Shown here in pieces: positions 58,458 to 64,000 of a stretch of DNA of 64,000 nt. The notes under the pieces were generated by a model. The model had not been told where the DNA came from and ran no database searches. It was given only the letters and a program-made list of their open reading frames with translations. The stretch covers positions 12,069-76,068 of the forward strand of contig CAJJAH010000002.1 of NCBI GenBank assembly GCA_905182255.1, given 5' to 3'. The DNA is from Cryomorphaceae bacterium BACL11 MAG-121001-bin54 (lineage in GTDB: Bacteria; Bacteroidota; Bacteroidia; Flavobacteriales; BACL11). A program made the position numbers and the translations under genes. The stretch's first letter is position 1. Each line of letters begins with the position of its first letter.

Positions 58458-60881
58458 ATGAACATATCATACAACTGGCTTAAAAACTATTTAGACCTTA
58501 ATCTTTCTACAGAAGAAATTTCTCAACTACTAACTGATATAGGATTGGAAGTAGAGGGAGTAAAGTTAATAGAGAGCGTAAAGGGAGGCTTAAGAGGAGT
58601 CATAATTGGTGAAGTAATTACAAAAACTCAACATCCAAATGCTGATAGATTAAGTCTTACTACGATTGATGTGGGGGAGGACCATCTAATACAAATAGTT
58701 TGCGGGGCACCCAATATTAATGTTGGTCAAAAAGTGCCAATAGCGACAGTTGGAACTTGGCTTTATGATGGTGATAATAAATTTAAAATTAAAAAAGGTA
58801 AAATAAGAGGAGAGGAATCAATAGGAATGGTTTGTGGAGAAGATGAATTAGGTCTTGGAGAAGATACTGATGGAATTATGGTTTTAGACTCTACTGCAAA
58901 AGTGGGTATTCCTGCTAGTGAATATTTTAAGTTAGAATCTGATATAGTATTTGAGATTGGCTTAACACCAAACCGATCGGATGCTATGGGGCATATAGGT
59001 GTTGCTCGTGATTTATTGACTATACTTAATCACAAAGGAAGTAAATTGCAAATGTGCAAACCTTCTACTAAAGATTTTAAGTTAGATAACAGAGATAAAA
59101 ATATTGAAGTTGAAGTTGAAGACCATAAAATATGCCCAAGGTATTCAGGTTTAAGTATTAGTGGAATTAAGGTTGCTACATCTCCTAATTGGTTACAGAA
59201 TAAACTAAAAGCAATTGGGATAACTCCTACAAATAATGTTGTAGATATCACAAATTATGTGTTACATGAAATTGGACAACCATTACATGCTTTTGATTCT
59301 AATAAAATTGAAGGAAACAAAATAGTTGTTTCTTGTGTAAAAGAAAAAACAAAGTTTACTACTTTGGACGAAATTGAAAGAGAACTTTCTAGCGATGATT
59401 TAATGATTTCTGATGCTAAAAAACCACTTTGTATTGCTGGAGTTTTTGGTGGATTAGATTCGTCAGTAACCGATAGTACAACAGAAATATTTTTAGAATC
59501 AGCTTATTTTAATTCAGTAAGCATACGTAAATCAGCCAAGCGACATAATTTAAATACTGATGCATCATTCCGTTTTGAAAGAGGTTGTGACCCTAATAGT
59601 ACTGTTTATGCTTTAAAACGAGCAGCTTTATTAATTACAGAAATTTGTGGAGGAAAAATTTCATCAGAAGTTATTGATATTTATCCAAATCCTATTGCTA
59701 ATTTTCCTGTGGAACTTACCTATACAAAAATGGACAGTTTAATTGGAGAAAAAATTGATAGACAAGTAGTAAAAAATATTCTTAATGATTTAGAAATTGA
59801 AATTTCAAAAGAAAAAATTGAAGGTTTAAGTTTATTGGTACCTCCATTTCGAGCTGATGTAAAAAGAGAAGTAGATGTAATTGAGGAGATACTAAGAATT
59901 TATGGGTATAATACAATTTCAATACCTTTAAAAATTAATACTAATATTTCCCATAATAATGATGTTAACAATGAACAAATTAGAAATGTAATTTCTGATT
60001 TACTTTCCAGTACAGGTTTTAATGAGGCAATGAATAATTCTCTGACAAAACAGGCATTTACTGATTTGATTCCTGATTTAAGCAAAGAACAGAATATAAC
60101 TCTATTAAACCCCTTGTCACAAGACTTGAATGTAATGCGTCAATCTCTCTTGTTTAGTGGTTTGGAAAACATTGCTTATAATCAGAATAGAAAAAATACT
60201 GATATTAAATTTTATGAATTTGGCAAAACATATCATAAGACTGAAAAAGGAAATATTGAAAATCAACATTTACAGATTTTAGTCAGTGGAAGAATTCAGG
60301 CCGAGAATTGGAATACAAATGATGATAAAGCAGATTTTTATTTTATAAAAGAAAGAGTAGAGCACATCTTAAATAGATTAGGAATAAAGAAAGTAAACTC
60401 AGAAACATTAAATACTTATGGTTTTGAAGAAGGATTAATATATACTTTTAAAAAGAAAAGATTGGTTAGCTTTGGAAGATTGAATGCTAAATTAGTTAAA
60501 TCATTTGATGTAAAGTCAACTGTATATGCAGCTGATTTTAATTGGGATTTAATGTTGGAAATAGCTGGATATACAAAAATTAAATATAGAGAATTCTCAA
60601 AGTTTCCTGAAGTGCGTAGAGATTTATCTCTTTTAGTTAATAAATCAGTATCGTTTGATGAGTTAAAGAAAATAGCTGTTGAAAGTGATAATAAAATATT
60701 AAAATTAGTAAATCTTTTTGATGTTTATCAAGGAGATAAATTACCTGAGGGCAAAAAATCTTATGCTTTATCTTTTATTATGGCAGATGATACTAAGACC
60801 TTAACTGACACATATGTTGATAAGGTAATGGAAAAATTGATGAAATCATTTACTGATAAAGCAGGAGCAGAGATTAGATAA
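58458..60881 (+). CDS. pheT: Phenylalanine--tRNA ligase beta subunit
   Basis: M.ISYNWL, HPNADRL, VCGAPN, LTPNRSD, RFERG.D, FPEVRRDLS; promoter TATTTTTG at 58431-58438. Confidence 0.98.
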   Translation: MNISYNWLKNYLDLNLSTEEISQLLTDIGLEVEGVKLIESVKGGLRGVIIGEVITKTQHPNADRLSLTTIDVGEDHLIQIVCGAPNINVGQKVPIATVGTWLYDGDNKFKIKKGKIRGEESIGMVCGEDELGLGEDTDGIMVLDSTAKVGIPASEYFKLESDIVFEIGLTPNRSDAMGHIGVARDLLTILNHKGSKLQMCKPSTKDFKLDNRDKNIEVEVEDHKICPRYSGLSISGIKVATSPNWLQNKLKAIGITPTNNVVDITNYVLHEIGQPLHAFDSNKIEGNKIVVSCVKEKTKFTTLDEIERELSSDDLMISDAKKPLCIAGVFGGLDSSVTDSTTEIFLESAYFNSVSIRKSAKRHNLNTDASFRFERGCDPNSTVYALKRAALLITEICGGKISSEVIDIYPNPIANFPVELTYTKMDSLIGEKIDRQVVKNILNDLEIEISKEKIEGLSLLVPPFRADVKREVDVIEEILRIYGYNTISIPLKINTNISHNNDVNNEQIRNVISDLLSSTGFNEAMNNSLTKQAFTDLIPDLSKEQNITLLNPLSQDLNVMRQSLLFSGLENIAYNQNRKNTDIKFYEFGKTYHKTEKGNIENQHLQILVSGRIQAENWNTNDDKADFYFIKERVEHILNRLGIKKVNSETLNTYGFEEGLIYTFKKKRLVSFGRLNAKLVKSFDVKSTVYAADFNWDLMLEIAGYTKIKYREFSKFPEVRRDLSLLVNKSVSFDELKKIAVESDNKILKLVNLFDVYQGDKLPEGKKSYALSFIMADDTKTLTDTYVDKVMEKLMKSFTDKAGAEIR

Positions 60882-60954
60882 CAAGAAATAAGAAGCTAAT
60901 TTTACAATAAATATTATTAGAAATTATTCATTAATCTACCATTTAGACGAGGGT

Positions 60955-62496
60955 TTAACATTTATCTGCACATTTCTCTCCATCAATTGCTGCAGATATA
61001 ATTCCTCCTGCAAATCCAGCACCTTCTCCGCAAGGATATAAGCCTTTTATTTGTGGATGCTCAAAAGTTTCTCTATCTCTTGGAATACGAACTGGGGAAG
61101 AGCTTCTACTTTCAGGAGCATGAACAACAGCTTCATTTGTAAAGTACCCTTTCATTTGCTCTCCCATTTGCCTTAATCCTTCTTGTATATTCTCTCCAAC
61201 AAAATCAGGGAGTATAGTATTTATTACTGCAGATGTTGTACCAGGAATATAAGAGGTTTTAGGAATGTCGGCAGATAAAATATTATTTGTATAATCAACA
61301 AGCCTTTGTGCTGGAACTTTTTGAGTCTCACCACCTAGTTTCCAAGCACTTTGTTCAATTTCTTTTTGAAATTGTAAACCTGCTAAAGGTCCATATTTTT
61401 CATATTTAACAAAATCTTCTAACTTTAGTTCCATTACTATTCCTGAATTAGAAGTTGGATAATCTCTTTTTGAAGGCGACCAGCCATTAGTTACAACTTC
61501 TCCAGGCTTAGTGGCACAAGGAGCTATAATTCCACCAGGACACATACAAAAGGAATAAACACCTCTACCTTTAACTTGCTTTACAATTGAGTAGGGAGCA
61601 GGTGGTAGAAATTCACCTCTATTTTTACATCGATATTGTATTTGATCAATTAATTTTTGAGTATGTTCAACTCTTACGCCAATAGCAAATGCTTTAGCTT
61701 CAATAGCTACTTCTTTTTTATGTAATAATTCAAATATATCACGAGCTGAATGTCCAGTTGCTAATATGATTTTTTTAGTTTCAAAGCGGGAACCATCTTG
61801 TAATTCCACTCCATTAACGACATTATTTTTGATAAGAATATCAGTAACTCTACTGTCAAAAATTACTTGCCCTCCATACTGAATAATAGTTTCACGAATT
61901 GCTTGAATAATTTTTGGAAGCTTATTAGTTCCAATATGAGGGTGTGCATTTATTCTTATTTCTTCTGTTGCTCCATGTTGGACTAATATGTCTAGTATTT
62001 TATTAACATCTCCTCTTTTTTTACTCCTTGTATATAGCTTACCGTCAGAATAAGTGCCAGCACCACCTTCACCAAAACAATAATTTGAATCCTCATTTAC
62101 TATGTGGTTTTTTGTAAGGTTAGCTAAATCTCTTCTTCTTGATCTTACATCTTTTCCTCTCTCTAGTATAATAGGTCTTAAACCTTTTTCTATTAGCTTT
62201 AAAGCGGCAAATAGTCCAGCTGGACCTGCTCCAATTATAATTACTTCTTCCTTTCCCGTTACATCATTATATTCAGGAATATCCTCTTCCTTTTTAACAA
62301 AACCTTCTCTAATGTATACCTCAACCTTAAGATTAATTTTGATTTCTCTTTGCCTGGCATCAATTGATCGTTTTAAAATCTCAATATGATTGATATCTTT
62401 CTCAGGTATATTTAATTTTTTGGCAATTGAACTTTTTAGTAATTTATCCGTAGAAGCTACTTCAGGAATTACTTGAATCTGCAAATTGTTTATCAT
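60955..62496 (-). CDS. NAD(P)/FAD-dependent oxidoreductase (uncharacterised FAD-binding family)
   Basis: IIGAGPAGL, FGEGGAGTYSDGKL, PHIGT, FCMCPGG, GEGAGFAGGI.SAA.DG. Confidence 0.9.
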   Translation of the reverse strand: MINNLQIQVIPEVASTDKLLKSSIAKKLNIPEKDINHIEILKRSIDARQREIKINLKVEVYIREGFVKKEEDIPEYNDVTGKEEVIIIGAGPAGLFAALKLIEKGLRPIILERGKDVRSRRRDLANLTKNHIVNEDSNYCFGEGGAGTYSDGKLYTRSKKRGDVNKILDILVQHGATEEIRINAHPHIGTNKLPKIIQAIRETIIQYGGQVIFDSRVTDILIKNNVVNGVELQDGSRFETKKIILATGHSARDIFELLHKKEVAIEAKAFAIGVRVEHTQKLIDQIQYRCKNRGEFLPPAPYSIVKQVKGRGVYSFCMCPGGIIAPCATKPGEVVTNGWSPSKRDYPTSNSGIVMELKLEDFVKYEKYGPLAGLQFQKEIEQSAWKLGGETQKVPAQRLVDYTNNILSADIPKTSYIPGTTSAVINTILPDFVGENIQEGLRQMGEQMKGYFTNEAVVHAPESRSSSPVRIPRDRETFEHPQIKGLYPCGEGAGFAGGIISAAIDGEKCADKC

Positions 62497-62604
62497 GCCT
62501 CAAAAATACAGATTGAAATTGAACGAATAAGTTTTTTAAAATTTAATTCTGATATAATAATAATACGTATTATCAATTGTATCTTTGTAAAAACAAAATT
62601 ATAA

Positions 62605-64000
62605 ATGAAAAATATATTTTTATTTACTCTCTCTTTATCTTTTTCTTTATTTGGATTTGCTCAGGATAATATAATAAAATTAAAGTCAGGAGAATTAAAT
62701 TTATCTACTGATAAACAATTAGAAAGAGTTGATAATATAAAGTATTACTTTATGTTATTTAGTGATATCCCATCAATTTACAAAAGGAATAAAATAGCTG
62801 ATTTAGGAGTTAAATTTTTAGAGTATATTCCAAGTAAAACCTATATAGTAAACCTTGATAAAGAATGTAAATTATCGGATTTAGTAAATTATGGTATTAT
62901 TGCTTTATCACCAATTGAAGGAAAACATAAATTAGACCCTAAAATTCAAAATAATAATTATCCACAGTGGGCAATTAAGCATGGGCAATTATCTATAAAA
63001 GTTCTGCTCTATAAAGATGTAAACACTTCTGTTACCCATGAGATATTTAAAAGTAAGGGATATAAGATTGATGATATTTCACTACTTAGTAATAGAATCA
63101 CGATTACGATTAAACCTTCTGACTTAGGCACAATAGCAAATATGAGTTCGGTTTGGTTTATTGAACCAATTGATCCTCCTTCAAAAAAAGAAAATAAAAC
63201 AGCTAGAACATTACATAGATCAAATACAATAAATACAGAATATGCTAGTGGTAGACATTATAATGGTCAGGGAATAAATATCATGATGCAAGATGATGGA
63301 ATCATAGGACCTCATATTGATTATCAGGGTAGAATTGATCAGTCAAATTGTGGTGGCTGTAGTATTAGTTTATCAGATACACATGGTGATCATGTTGCAG
63401 GTACAATAATGGGTTCAGGAAATTTAGATCCTATTGCTGCAGGAATGGCAAATGCATCTTTTTTATATGTTTACAGTTCATCTAACAATAATTATTCAAA
63501 TGCTTTTCCATCATTGTATCTTAATGATGATGTAGTTATTACTTCAAAATCATATGGAAACGGATGTAATGCAGGTTATACCTCCTTATCTCAAGAATTG
63601 GATCAACAGATAAATTTATATCCTGCATTAATTCACGTTTTTTCAGCTGGTAATAGTGGATCTGATGACTGTGGTTATGGAGCAGGTAATAATTGGGGAA
63701 ATGTAACTGGTGGTCACAAGCAAGGGAAAAATGTTATTGCAGTAGCAAGCTTAAATTCTTCAGGAGATTTGGCTAGCTACTCTAGCAGAGGACCTGCAGC
63801 TGACGGAAGAATTAAGCCTGATATTGGAGCCAAGGGAAGTAATGTGAATTCAACTGTACCAACTAATGACTATGATTCTTTTAGTGGAACTTCAATGGCC
63901 TGCCCAGGAATTGCTGGTATAATGGGTCAATTATATCAAGGTTATAAAGAGCTAAATGGAGGAGTTAATCCAAATTCTGCTTTGATGAAAAGCGTTTTAT
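62605..64000 (+). CDS. Secreted subtilisin-like (S8) serine protease, 3'-truncated by the window edge (not in the ORF track)
   Basis: Signal peptide MKNIFLFTLSLSFSLFGFAQ; catalytic motifs MQDDG (Asp), HGDHVAG (His), SAGN (oxyanion) and SGTSMACP (Ser); promoter TATCTTTG at 62580-62587. Confidence 0.93.
   Translation, partial: MKNIFLFTLSLSFSLFGFAQDNIIKLKSGELNLSTDKQLERVDNIKYYFMLFSDIPSIYKRNKIADLGVKFLEYIPSKTYIVNLDKECKLSDLVNYGIIALSPIEGKHKLDPKIQNNNYPQWAIKHGQLSIKVLLYKDVNTSVTHEIFKSKGYKIDDISLLSNRITITIKPSDLGTIANMSSVWFIEPIDPPSKKENKTARTLHRSNTINTEYASGRHYNGQGINIMMQDDGIIGPHIDYQGRIDQSNCGGCSISLSDTHGDHVAGTIMGSGNLDPIAAGMANASFLYVYSSSNNNYSNAFPSLYLNDDVVITSKSYGNGCNAGYTSLSQELDQQINLYPALIHVFSAGNSGSDDCGYGAGNNWGNVTGGHKQGKNVIAVASLNSSGDLASYSSRGPAADGRIKPDIGAKGSNVNSTVPTNDYDSFSGTSMACPGIAGIMGQLYQGYKELNGGVNPNSALMKSVL

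Noticed and set aside
844-62389. Many short ORFs antisense to or nested in long genes (e.g. 844..1131, 3146..3484, 22625..22993, 37105..37512, 62102..62389)
   Set aside because: They are shadows of well-supported genes and have no motifs of their own.
1-64000. rRNA, tRNA, riboswitch, IS or prophage genes
   Set aside because: I recognised no cloverleaf, rRNA-like tract, transposase, integrase or phage structural gene by eye. tRNAscan and Rfam searches would be needed to exclude small RNAs formally.

Overview
AT-rich, densely packed chromosomal segment of a Bacteroidota bacterium, most likely a Flavobacteriales-type organism. The assignment rests on T9SS C-terminal sorting domains, Bacteroidota lipoprotein signals and many TAnnTTTG (-7) promoter motifs. 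From about 6.2 kb to the end it is mostly housekeeping genes: gap, dapF, mltG, phosphohexomutase, yaaA, surE, lpxB, rlmF, ftcD, queE, purA, fur, rel, glyA, guaB, SurA-type PPIases, MoxR, def, a 2-oxoacid dehydrogenase E2, recR, lgt-like, mtaB, pheT and a partial S8 protease. The first ~6 kb is an accessory region. It holds secreted or lipoprotein genes that share near-identical DNA at their start (signal-peptide) and end (sorting-signal) modules. It also holds a four-gene operon (TerB-like/Zn-ribbon, SPFH+GYF_2, stand-alone GYF_2, 4-TM protein) lying between two ~46-bp direct repeats of a sorting-signal end and followed by an 'empty' sorting-signal/signal-peptide junction. That operon and its cassette-like setting are the best candidates for an undescribed system. 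Other points: a 7-heme cytochrome/TPR lipoprotein inside the dapF-mltG operon, a repeat-rich intergenic region ahead of a small basic protein, a missed 50-aa ORF, a decayed PKD-protein relic, several probably leaderless genes, and a cluster of frameshifts at 51.6-55.3 kb that is probably sequence error. I saw no rRNA, tRNA, CRISPR array, transposase or integrase. All family assignments are from motif recognition; no database search was run.
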